Position numbers and translations under genes: made by a program
Shown: one piece after another, positions 52,501 through 64,000 of the stretch
Position numbering within the stretch: the first letter of the stretch is position 1
How the letters are laid out: the number at the start of each line of letters is the position of its first letter
Assembly: GCF_040938485.1 (NCBI RefSeq)
Contig: NW_027270907.1
Span: 1,798,001-1,862,000, forward strand
Source of the DNA: Diadema antillarum
Lineage: Eukaryota
DNA length: 64,000 nucleotides
Reading direction: 5' to 3'
Notes under the pieces: generated by a model
The model's input: the letters and a program-made list of their open reading frames with translations, nothing else
The model's database searches: none
Told to the model about the DNA's origin: nothing

Positions 52501-55500
52501 ACAGGAACAGCTGACAGAAGGGGAAGTTGAGCAGGAGGAGGTGACTGCTACACTCTTAGCAGACCTACAGGAAGAACAGGAGAGGGAGTGTGAGGTTGTC
52601 ATGGCAACCATCTTCACAATGGTAAGACAGATGGGACATGTGTATCTACTGTATACGCCAATTAGCGGGTCTATTTTTTTGCGAGAAGGGACTTCCCAAC
52701 AATTTTGCAAATGGTTAAATTCACGATTGTGGAGCACAACACTGAATGGAGAAATATATGCATGCACGTCACATTCATGTCGGGATCATAGTTGATATTT
52801 TTGTGTGTTTTTAAATTCATGAAGAGCGCCCAACTCTCGAAATTCTCTGAAATATAAACCTAGCGAAATATTCTGCGTACACAGTTATTCAAAACTGTCA
52901 GTGAAGATTTAAATAAGTCATTGTTCTTTTCGATATTTGCCTTTGCAGCATCACACAGAATGCTGTTGTTTCAAATGAAGAGTACCAGTAGTTGTAAATC
53001 TAAGCTACTAGCATAGGTAATTGAGATGAATCCTGTGTACTTCTTTGTGTAGTACATGAAAGACAATTACAACTTACTCCATTGAATGTACTGGGTGTCA
53101 ATGGGCTGCTTTCATCTTCCATGCTAATCGCGCTGTGAGGTGACTTATGTTGAACAAATGGAAGGAATGTCTCATGCATTGTGCATTGTGCATTTTGCAT
53201 GAGAAGATATTATGTTCAGGACCTTGGCTTTGGGAAGCCTTTTATCAGGCAAGTAGAAGTATGAACTATATCTTAGTTAGTGCATCAGTCTTCATTTCTT
53301 TTTTTTTCAAAATGCTTGGTGACAACTTGTCCCTCATTCAAATTATCATCCATTTGACGGAATGTGCTTGTGACAATTTTGTCCTTCAAACTGCTTATGG
53401 ATTTAAAAGGAAAAATAGTGTCACCCTGCAAATCTATGATGAGCACTGTATATGCAAATTCAGTTCAGTTTGGTATTGTCTGGTGTTTGCACTTACCTTG
53501 TGGTACGGTTAAGATTTGAGGCTCATCAAAATGTGATAGACTTTTATTTGGTGAATTCTTTGCCATTTTCATCAATAATTAGATTTTAGTAAAACATATA
53601 GGATTAATCCAGCACTATGTTTCTTGATTTAGGTGTCATAAAAAATGCCGTATTAGACATTCAAACTTCACAACTATACTCTCCCAGTCATTCGGTCATG
53701 ATTATCATTAAACTACTACCAGACAGTGTACTTATTTCAGTGCTCTCAGAGATGGTTACGACAATGTCGAAGTGTACAGTGATAATATTGTAATGATCTG
53801 ATTGTGCTGGGTGATTCTACTCCCTTCGTTCATGGATCTAGGGGGATATATGTTTCAAATAATTGAATGCTATAACATAACAAAAATGCTTGATTTTACT
53901 TTCGAGCAAACATGCAAAGATGAAGACAAACATCTTAAAATTGGTCTGAAGTTCATCAAATTGCTTTGATAATTGAAGGAAAGGGGGTAATGCATTACAC
54001 AAAATTGGAGGATATGATCCAAGAAAGCTCTCTTGTGTAGCTTTAAGAAGATTACAGTTTTTTCAAATTTTTATTACAAGAAATGGAACTAGCTAATAAT
54101 CAGAGTGCCCAACAACTGACAACTTAATAACTAGAAAGTGAGAAGCTGAACTTGAATCTCTGTGGTTGTGTCTGGAATGACCAAAATATGTCTGTGCTTG
54201 TTTTTTTTTTCACCTTGCCAGACTGAGGAGCAACTGTCTCGTCTGCGCATGGATCAGATCTGGGCTCGCCACAATGAGCAGGGACGCAATGTGTTGACAA
54301 TCTTCACACAGTATGAGGGTGTTGGTGATGAAGACAGCTTATTACAGGTGAGGAATTGTTGAATACAAATGAGTGCTTTTCTTGTCATTTAGAATAACTG
54401 TTTCTTTCTCTGCCAGTTTATTATGTAGCATAACCCTGCTGATAGTTGCTCTGAATTTAATATCAGCAGATAAAAGAAGCTATTGAGCAAATCCAAATGT
54501 TAAATTTCAGTGCTGAAATTGCAGTAAGCTCATAATGGTATTATTGTTCAAGAGCATTGTTCTCATAATAGGGAACACAGTTGTGATTTAATTGTCCCCG
54601 CCGAACGAGTTCGAGCAGGGGACTATGAAACGTGTGTGTGTCCATGTGTCCGTCTGTGTGTCCGTCCGTCCATCCGTGTGTGCGTCCGTGTGTGATCAAA
54701 ATGTTCAAAATGCTACTCCTTTGCCATTTCTAACCCGATTTTGATTCTGTTTGCTTTATATGATAGCACTACATGGGAGCTTTGAAACTTCTATACAGAA
54801 TTTCAGTTGTGACCTTTGACCTTGACCTTTGACCTATATTGTACATTTTGCTTCAAAATGCTACTCCTTCGCCATTTCTAACCCAATTTTGATTCTGTTT
54901 GCTTTATATGATGGCACTAGGTGAGGGCTTCAAAACTTCTACACAGAATTTTGACCTTTGACTTCTTTGACCTTTGACCTTTATTTTTGACCTATACTGT
55001 ACATTGCCTACAAAATGCTACTCCTTCGCCATTTCTAACCCGATTTTGATTCCGTTTGCTTGATGTGATGGCACTAGGTGAGGGCTTCAAAACTTCTACA
55101 CAGAATTTTGACCTTTGACTTCTTTGACCTTTGACCTTGATTTTTGACCTATATTGTACATTTTGCTACAAAATGCTACTCCTTCGCCATTTGTAACCCG
55201 ATTTCAATTCCGTTTGCTTTAAGTGATGGCACTAGGTGAGGGCTTCAAAACTTCTACACAGAATTTTGACCTTTGACTTCTTTGACCTTTGACCTTGATT
55301 TTTTTTACCTGTATTGTACATTTTGCTACAAAATGCTACTCCTTCGCCATTTCTAACCCGATTTCGATTCCGTTTGCTTTATGTGATGGCACTAGGTGAG
55401 GGCTTCAAAACTTCTACATAGAATTTTGACCTTTGACTTCTTTGACCTTTGACCTTAATTTTTTTACCTATATTGTACATTGGCTACAAAATGCCACTCC

Positions 55501-58500
55501 TTCGCCATTTCTAACCCGATTTCGATTCCGTTTGCTTTATGTGATGGCACTAGGTGAGGGCTTCAAAACTTCTACATAGAATTTTGACCTTTGACTTCTT
55601 TGACCTTTGACCTTAATTTTTTTACCTATATTGTACATTGGCTACAAAATGCCACTCCTTCGCCATTTCTAACCCGATTTCGATTCCGTTTGCTTTATGT
55701 GATGGCACTAGGTGAGGGCTTCAAAACTTCTACATAGAATTTTGACCTTTGACTTCGTTGACCTTTGACCTTCATCTTTTTACCTATATTGTATATTTTG
55801 CTGCTAAATGCTACTTCCGGCGGGGACATATATTACGCACCGCGTAATTTCTACTTTTCCTTGTTGAGATATGCTAATATTTGAAGAAAAAAAAATGTCA
55901 TAACAACTGTTGAACAAGGTGGAAGTGAAATGGCTAAGTCAGCCATGCATTAGATGTACATTGATCGCTAAACATGTTTAATTATGCCTTATATTTTATA
56001 GGCCCTTGACAAGAAGTATGACACCCTGAGACAGAAGCTGCTGAAGGAGGCTCTCATCAAGAAGGTTGGTGAAGAGAAGTGGGAGACAATGTCTGAAGAG
56101 GAGAAACATACCATGCTTCTGGACCTCAAACAGCAGGAGAGAAGGCTGCGGGCTGAAGGTGACTTGCTTTCAAATGCTTAACGGAAGAACAAATGATATA
56201 TGTTTGTAGTTCAGTTGATAGTTGTATGATCTTACATATGAGAAAATTTCCCTAAATATTCCTAATTTTTGAGGGGAAATGCCTGCTGAAGACCATGAAC
56301 AAGTAACAAGTTTTTGAGTTTTAAACAGATTTATTGTGTGTTCATTGTTTTGTATGTTTACAATGTAGTATTGAAAAACAGATGTGATGGTGTGTGTTTC
56401 ATGTAGTCATAATTTTTTTCTCTGTATGAATGACAATAATTGACTTTTGACGTACCGTTATGTTCTTTTTATTAGCAATGAGGCCAAAATTGAATTGAAT
56501 TTGCTGGAATTCAGAAAGGGTAGATAAAAGCAGCTGTAGCTGCAGTGATATTTATATACTCACACAGCAGAAGTTGCTTTCTCACAAAAGTTGGCCGTAG
56601 ACCGTGTTTTACAATCCTATACTCATGGCTTATTCATAAAAAAAAACACACACACCAGAACATATGACTGACAACCATGACCTCTTCAACAGGCAAAACC
56701 TCTGAGATTTCTGAGTTACTTCAGATTGAGGTGGCATCAGATGATCTCAAGAAGTTGATGGGTTCAGAGAGGGACCGCTACGAAGAGAAACGAAGGCAGA
56801 AAATGGAACTGAGAAAGAAGAGAGTATCACAAGGTAAATGGCACATATTGTATCAATGTCCATGATAAATTTACTTTTTTTAAACTGGTTTATGCAGACA
56901 AATGCATTACCATTTCAAACAATATCTGCATGTAATAGTGTCATCCACGTTATTTTGTGTGCTTGCTTTAGTAATGCTTCAATTACTAAAATTTGACTCA
57001 TTCTAATTGATCATATTAAAGGTCTGTTCTAAATGTAGTTGAGATTTTGTGATTTGAATTGCAGAAATATTCATGTGAGATTTGACTATTTGAGCAAATG
57101 TTTGATTATTGGGGTCCTTGTGCCAGTGCAGTGTTTATCATGGAAACATCAAGCTGTCTTCTTGATCCCCCTCACTTTCACTTCACTTCAATTCAATTCA
57201 ATTTTTATTCAGCCATTCAGTAAAAACATACGTATACACTTGCAAACAAAAATATGCGTGTAATTATTTCAGAAAGTGTAAATATATAAAAAGACATTGA
57301 AAGGTCATGGACCCCTGTGAAAGCACGGCTTGTATTGATTGTGCCCAGTAACAAAATCTTATTCTGACACAAATCAAACTTCACATTAAACTTTCCAGGC
57401 CTTGATCCAATTCAAGAGGGTGAGGAGGATGGCATCTCAGAAGATGAAGAGGAGACAGAGGATGATGTTCTCACTCAGATCCAGAAGCGCTATGATGCAG
57501 AGCGGGAAGCCCTCATTGCCCAGCTTAGGGGTGTTGATGCACAGTACCTCAATGAGCGGGAGAGGCAGGCAGCACTGGCCCGCCTTAAGAGGGAGGTACG
57601 GAAGGCCAGGAGAGAGGATGGATTCCATGCGGCTGCCCTGGTCCTTGGCCTGGCAGAGCGACATCAGGCCGCTTTGGATGAGAGGTAATATACCAGTCTT
57701 TACCAACCAACTTTGTACTCTTCTTCATCTTTTACTATAAACTAATGCAAAACATGAGAGTCGGTGTACTGTGTGCTGGAGAAGAGTTATCAGCATTTCA
57801 TTTGTTTGTTTCAAACAACTTTATATTCATATTTACATCTTTACTCATCTTATATAAGTACAGTATCTGAATATTGATGTGTCATGTGGCGATAGCACAT
57901 ATACACAATCTCCGTACTCAGCATTATTTTTTAGACAAAAGGATGACCACAGCATTACTCCAATCAAATTTTATTCCAGAGTATTCACAATTATTCTAGG
58001 TTTTATGCCAACCTGATTTCAAGGCAGGGTATCACAGTAGTAATTCATATACACCTCAGCAACATGAGAATAGAGTAATGTTTGTGCAACACAAACTTTG
58101 TGCCCAGATTACAGCGGGATCGGCTACGCCAAGAGCAGTTGGCCAAGGAACGGCTTGAGGCAGCAAGGAGAAGACAGAAGCTAGGAACTATTGAAGAGGA
58201 GCAGGATGAAGAGCTACATGTTGTTGATGTGGCAGACAAAGGTGCCATGCAGGTGAGATTTCATAAGATCACGCCCTATGTTTGGTCATCTCCTCGCGAT
58301 TGAATCCAGAGAAACTCTATACATGTACTGATCTCATTATGTCTTACTTTAGTCATGACGAGTTGTTTAATTGTTGACAGATGTCTTAAAAAGGAAGATT
58401 TAGACTGAGAATTTAGATCGAGGGTATTCCAAATAAGCAGAATTTCAATCATGTTCATGGCCTTGGACAGGTTTGTATTCCATGCATATTGCTTTGAGCT

Positions 58501-61500
58501 ACCAGTAGAAATGTGTTGATGTATTGTACCTCAACTCACTTGTATGCACAGCTACTCTTTCTAGTGCTATTTCTCATTAGAGTGATTCTACTAGCAAAAT
58601 AGTTTGTTGTGTTGGTGGACTAAAGATGTATTTCAGAAGTGTTCTGATGCATGTATACCTGCTCATATGCATACCAGTTTGGAAACAGGTACAAATATAC
58701 CCAATATGATGTAGACTGCTTTAAACAAATTGTGGTACAGTGTAGAGGAGTTCACATTTATGATGGTTTCTTGCACCCAGGGGACAAATTTTCCTTTCAA
58801 TTATGAGGAGTTTTCATTAAGTGTAGTCTGTGCTGAAGGTTCCCTCCTGATAATGTTCTGTACACCAGGATGCGGTCCTCAAGATGCTAGAGAGGAAACA
58901 TGAGAGAGAGAGAGTGGTTCTCCTTCAGCTCCTCCAACATGGTGGCAGTGAGGAGGAGAGGTTCATCGCTGGAAACATGTCAGCTGAGGCACGTGCTGAG
59001 AGACTTCAAGACATCTGGAACCAGATCAAGCAGCTACAACTCAGTGAGTCTATACATCACAATGTCCTTGTGAAAAGCCTTATAATGTTATTCATTCCTC
59101 TTCAGTAATACCTTGTAATCTGATTTGATTCTTTCTCATGAGTTTAGAAAGAATATGTCATATCCTCCTTTTTTAATACCTAATGCAAGATTGGCCTTGA
59201 TAGCTTTGTTCAAACACAAGTCTTGTTCAATATTCGGGCTTTTTTTTTTATAGTGGATTTGGCTTTATTTGCGATGCTTTTTTGACACAAATTAGTGATA
59301 TTCTCTCTCTCTCTATTCTAATCATTTCCCATGTACACAGGTCAAAAGGAAGAGAGAGCTACGTTACTGCAGGAGGCAGCTGTTGTTAAGATGGTCTCAC
59401 GATCCAAACTCCTGGAATCCAGTCGGGAGGGAGAAGTGACAGAAGATGAAGTGATCATTTCCATCATGGCTGACTTACAGCTACAGCAGGACAAGGAGTG
59501 TGAAGCCATCATCCATTCTCTACCAGACAAAGTAAGACATTCTTGAAAACAAGACTGGTGTGGGTATGGCTCTGTTGATGGCTGGTTGCTAACATCTGAT
59601 TCCTTTGTTTCAAGTTATTGAAGTACAGTCTGACCTCTGTTATCTGGCCATGTTGGGACCAGTGCCCATCCGGATATAAGTGATTTGGCTGGATATGGGG
59701 GAGATAATGATTATGCACATGTACTTGTAGTTGTTGATCCAGTGGTAGCTAAGTAGATAGCGTACACTGCAGCAGTGGTGTAATCTATGCTAGCTAATTA
59801 AAGAATAACAGAAATTGAAGCATTTTAATGTAGAATTCGTTGCATGTATCTGTTCAGAATATTATGGGTTAATCATGTGAGATTTGTAGGAATTTTGATA
59901 GAGTTTGAAATCTTTTTTTTTCCATCTTCACTGCCTGTAGAGGATAGAGAAGTCCAGATAAGAGATGGCTGGATAATAGAGGGCAGACTGTAAGCCACTT
60001 ATAGCGAGGCTGATGAAAGCAAAAAGTACAATGACATTGTCATGGTTTTATTCATAGACCACTGTACACAGGAGAGTTGTTTGCATATCTAACAATGAAG
60101 CGTAACTCTGTAAACCTTTCTGACTAGAAGAAAATTATTGTCAACTGTCTCAGACATGTATTTATACTAAACATCTTTCCATTACCAAGCAAAGGTAAGG
60201 CCATGCTAATCATATGAGGACGGGGAGCAAAGAACTCTGCATATCTTGAGACTTAGTACTGTATGTATTACCGGTACTTCATTTCTGACATACATTGGCA
60301 GATGTCACAGCTGTTTCATCCATTCAAGGATATGTTAAGCCTATTACAACATCTCTGAACTGGGAGCAACTCTTGTGGTGAAAAAAAAAAGAAATTATGC
60401 AGAAATATGATATACATTTTGAACAAAACAGGCTTAGAGAAGATACAGTTTGTCATGTTTGGTAGGAAGTGAGATACTGAGTGTACAGTTTTAGCCAAGC
60501 AGTGACAAGTGTTTCACATATTGTGATTATTTTTGTGTCTCTTCTAACTGCCCTCATCATGAAAGGATCATGGTGCCCTTACCAAGCTGCAGACTGAGAA
60601 CCAAGAGGCAATCAAGAATGAGAAGAATGAGAATGTGACCATTGTGGTGACCAGTACTGACCTTACCACTAAGGCTGGAGAGAACCAGCTGATAGAGGCA
60701 CTGGAGGCCAAGTATGATGCCCTCAAGGACAAACTACTTGCTGATGCCCTCATGAAGCAGGTCAGGATTCCCCCGTGTTACTACCAAATTAACCTGTTGA
60801 GGATGGACTGATTTTGCGACAACACGCATTTTCCATAGGCACTTGCCTGAGTATACTCGGGACTCGTCCTCAACGGTTTAAGACATAGAGAATAGATTCC
60901 AGTCTCGTAATTTTTTTTTTTCAAAGGAACGTATGTTAGCTGGTATATACAAAAAAGGGAAAAAATGAAAGTATGTCTTTAAGAATTTTTTAAAGCAAAT
61001 TTTGTCCTTTGTCTGTCATCTCACATACATCATATACAAATGAATTTTCTCAGATTTCGGTCTCTAGTTAAAGGCTTGAAGTACATAAGCAGTACTGGTT
61101 TATGGACACAAAATATGAAGTACCTTCTTCAGAAGGGGTAGTGTTGATAAGCTCCAAACATTGATCATCTTTTGTGCTGACTCTCTGTTGTAAAAGGCAA
61201 GCTAGTGCTATTGCAAACACTGGAGTGAGAAAGATATGACATGAACTCAGATTTACTGTGTATAATGGGAGTTCATGCTATGTTATCTTTAAATTTTGTC
61301 CATGTTTATAGCGATTACATCCCATCTTCAGTCCCCTAGTATTCCAACAGTTCCTGTCATTCGATGTAATGTTTATGTGGTGATGTCAGAAAGGTTCTAT
61401 CTGTGTTTCTATCTGTCTCAGTGTTTTTGCATTATATCTATTGCATGTTTTCAATATGTCTGAGATCCAGAACAGCAGTCTTTGCATCTTTAGCTGCATT

Positions 61501-61872
61501 AACCCATTAAAGACGAGTCCCAAGACTACTCGGGCAAATTTCAAATGTGACAATTTTTAATGCAAACTGTGTGCCTCTGCACTGCATTCCCTGTAAACTG
61601 TCATTGCTTCTTTACTCGTCTTTGATGCCTGTAGCTTGGAGAGGGAGAATGGGCACAGCTATCAGAGAGGGAACGCCAGCTACGCCTCATGAAGCTGAAG
61701 ATGGAAGAACGCCGGCTGCGGCAAGAGGGCAAGTTTGATGAGGCAGCCATGCTGCTGGGTGATGCTGCCAAGTCCCAGCAAGCCCTGGAGTCCCTAATGG
61801 GGGAGTCCAAGAAGGCTCAAGAGGAGAGACTGAGACTAAGACTAGCAAGACGCAAGCAGAGGCTGGCTGAAG
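38833..61872 (+). CDS. Large uncharacterised protein with degenerate N-terminal EF-hands and ~410-aa helical/coiled-coil repeats (trichohyalin-like composition); 3' end beyond the window
   Basis: 26 GT-AG coding exons join in frame without stops (4,744 nt, 1,581 codons): 38833-38961, 39455-39601, 39967-40239, 42693-42778, 43744-43916, 44369-44662, 45237-45477, 45881-46067, 46380-46591, 47359-47482, 48446-48603, 49110-49281, 49870-49999, 50472-50721, 51029-51144, 51619-51822, 52428-52621, 54222-54347, 56002-56158, 56693-56833, 57399-57684, 58108-58252, 58869-59043, 59341-59531, 60566-60760, 61635-61872. Good Kozak context (AAGATGG) and an in-frame upstream stop. EF-like loops DSRQRGFIEYEE and DTKDADRISTKD. 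Confidence 0.9.
40460..40522. repeat. (CT)n microsatellite
   Basis: Directly visible. Confidence 0.9.
41348..41511. mobile_element. Palindromic ~165-bp MITE
   Basis: ACAAATATCGACTGCT / AGCAGTCAATATTTGT outer arms; ATGGTAAAACTATTTG..TCTCAACAGTGCTATGTCCC / GGGACATGGCACTGTTGAGA..CAAATAGTTTTACCAT inner arms. Confidence 0.82.
50003..50188. mobile_element. Degenerate Tc1/pogo-type MITE abutting a splice donor
   Basis: TACAGTACTCCAGTTATAAC ... GTAACGGCAGTCACCTGT; begins at intron position +4. Confidence 0.55.
54590..55853 (+). mobile_element. Helentron/DINE-1-like non-autonomous element with internal ~158-bp tandem array (7 units)
   Basis: Subterminal inverted TGTCCCCGCC (54593) / GGCGGGGACA (55819). 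A (GTCC/GTGT)n microsatellite follows the 5' end, and a 3' hairpin ATTACGC-ACC-GCGTAAT lies at 55832-55848. Unit starts AAAATGC at 54707, 54855, 55012, 55170, 55330, 55488, 55646 and ~55805. Confidence 0.8.
59624..59992. mobile_element. Tc1/pogo-type MITE
   Basis: TACAGTCTGACCTCTGTTATC ... GATAATAGAGGGCAGACTGTA. Confidence 0.78.
60789..60881. mobile_element. Mini piggyBac-like MITE
   Basis: TTAA-CCTGTTGAGGA ... TCCTCAACGGT-TTAA; a related terminus fragment TTAACCCATTAAAGACGAGTCCC lies at ~61499. Confidence 0.6.
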
Positions 61873-63659
61873 GTTTGTCTTTAAAGTTTTAGTCCAAGTT
61901 TTGATTTATTTGATGTAGACATCACAGAGGCAATTGGGTGTTTATGATGAAATAACAATGAACTGACAGTGTTGTGCCATTCTGACTGAGAACAAAATGC
62001 CTTGCTTCAAACATCTTCCTGGTACTGCTGCTACCACCTTACACCATTAGTGTGAATGCAGATGTAGTATCAAACAGTGTGACTGTGAAGAATTATCCTG
62101 ATACTGTTGTAAGCCGGGTTAATGATGACGCTGACAGTCTCCATGAGTTGAAATTGCAATGATTTATTGAGCAAATCAAACAGACAGTCTAAACTCCGCA
62201 CTATCCTCAGCTACATGTCGAATACAGAGTGAATAACAGATACAGGCCTATTAACTATTCAACATAGCAGAGCTCGTAGAGAATACATTAGTATACCATC
62301 CATTCTCTCTCAAGTGAAAGGTCAAAGTCAAGAATCAAGAATCAATCAAATCTGCGTCATTATATTCACATGAAAAATAAAAGTTGCGTTGTGCCCATGC
62401 CAACCACACGCACACTGCGCCATTGGCATGGACACAACGCGCCTCAACGCATTGACGCAACAATAACATACCGCATATTTCCATTTACCACAAACTTCCC
62501 CGCGATTATATAACACAACCATGGGTTATATAATCCCAATTACATCATATCATTTTCATAACATCCTATACTATAATACTCGAAGTTGTTGTTGTTGTCG
62601 CGGCCTTATGTATTTCCTGTTTTATTTTGGCGTTGCTGGTTTCTCTATCTCCTCCCGAGCCGTCGGCTCCGGGCAGTTGCGACCGGTGCCGTCGGCCGCA
62701 GGAGAGTATCCTACATCGAATGGCGCGGGTTTCGTCCCCTCTCCGCCTCCGTGTCGACGTCGAGGACGAAAAAGAAAAATTAATTAGCTACATGCATAAT
62801 GCATTTTTGTGCGTGACGAAAGAGCCGAGCATTTCAATATTCACGGAACCTGCGCTGGCCTCCTGCTTTCTCGATCTTCCATCTTTTAGCTTGCAGAGAC
62901 ACTGGGGGATACTAAAGATGATGGTGCAGCGAAATCTCTGACATCTTCCGGCGGACGCGCACGCACACACACAATGTACCTCGCAGAACTCTATACACAC
63001 TCTACACTGTGTGTATATAGTTCGGTGATGTACCTTTGCCTCCGCCTGTTACGTGTACTGAATGTATTGACGATGGTTACACGAATCTGTGTGTGCGTGA
63101 TATGGACTACAAGGGCATTTACGTACAGTTCGCCATTATTGGCGTCCCCAAATGAAAACAACGAACGTTGGTTATGTAGTTGTATTTTGCACAACTGCAG
63201 AATACTATATGCAGCTCAGGTACGTCATTTAGTTTGCTCGCCGTTTGCTCTCAAGTCCGGTGTCATTGTACGCAGACTGTTTAGGACGCGGCTAAATATA
63301 TTTGCCGATCGTATCCTTACGTATCAGATTACACGCGCAGCTGTGTCCATTCGTTTACTGCAGAGCTGCTGTAATCATACATATTCATAAGATGAGCGGA
63401 CGTAGAGGAAAACCTCGCTTTGCCGACCGCCTATTTTTAAAATTGCAAGTGGAAATAGAATGTGTGGTTCTATGGTCTATCAAACCAAGTTTTGGTGACA
63501 AAAAAAAGAGGGAGCAAATGAAGACGAATGCAGTGATGTATATATTCTTCTTTCTTCCATAACATGGGGAAAAATATTAAAGAAAAAAATACGAGGTCGT
63601 GAGAACCTACTCACACGGGTGCCTATTAAACCTGATGACTATGATCTCCCCCTCCCCAA

Positions 63660-63750
63660 ATAATAACAATGATAATAATAATAATGATAATAATAATAAT
63701 AATAATAATAATAAGGATAATGATAATAATGATATAATAATAACAATAAT
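63660..63750. repeat. (AAT/GAT)n microsatellite
   Basis: Directly visible. Confidence 0.9.
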
Positions 63751-64000
63751 AGGAGCAATAATTGTAGGCCTAATATTAATTATGATAATGTACAATCTGA
63801 AGCAGATGTAGTTCTATATTAATATGATATATCAAGCCAAGTTTTGGTGATTAAAAACAAAAAGGAGGGAGCAAAATTATGAAGACGAAAATATCTTATT
63901 TTTCTCTCATAACGTGGGGAAAAGAAACATGAAAAAAAAAACCCACAAAACAAACCGAGGCCTTGAGACCAGCCGTGGATTCCCGCGGGTGCCCGCGTGG

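Noticed and set aside
54707-55810. CRISPR-like regular array
   Set aside because: Units are contiguous ~158-bp repeats with no unique spacers, inside a eukaryotic intron and a Helentron-like element; no cas genes.
63599-63811. Poly-Asn and poly-Leu/Ile ORFs
   Set aside because: Translations of the (AAT)n microsatellite.

Overview
Eukaryotic, AT-rich, intron-containing animal genomic DNA. The repeat families and gene content resemble a marine invertebrate deuterostome such as a sea urchin, but the species cannot be fixed from sequence alone. I assembled four protein-coding genes by hand from GT-AG splice sites with consistent phases, arranged as two head-to-head pairs. Pair 1: HSPA14 (minus strand, first six coding exons, runs off the left edge) and a complete 4-exon MANF/CDNF (ARMET-family) gene (plus strand), with start codons only 390 bp apart around a CCAAT/CRE/ERSE-like promoter. 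Pair 2: a C1orf74/UPF0739 homolog (minus strand, one coding exon) and a very large uncharacterised gene (plus strand, at least 26 coding exons, >1,580 aa, runs off the right edge) with degenerate N-terminal EF-hands and a ~410-aa helical module repeated at least four times. MANF intron 1 (12 kb) holds a ~10.4-kb CpG-retaining, apparently non-coding block bounded by inverted repeats and filled with nested palindromes, an inverted ~480-bp tandem array and many CTAACGTTAG motifs. The rest is LINE 3' fragments (CR1, L2), many MITEs, a Helentron/DINE-like element with a 158-bp internal satellite, microsatellites, and an orphan bHLH-helix-2-like candidate exon. No CRISPR, rRNA or tRNA was recognised. 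All alignments were done by eye.
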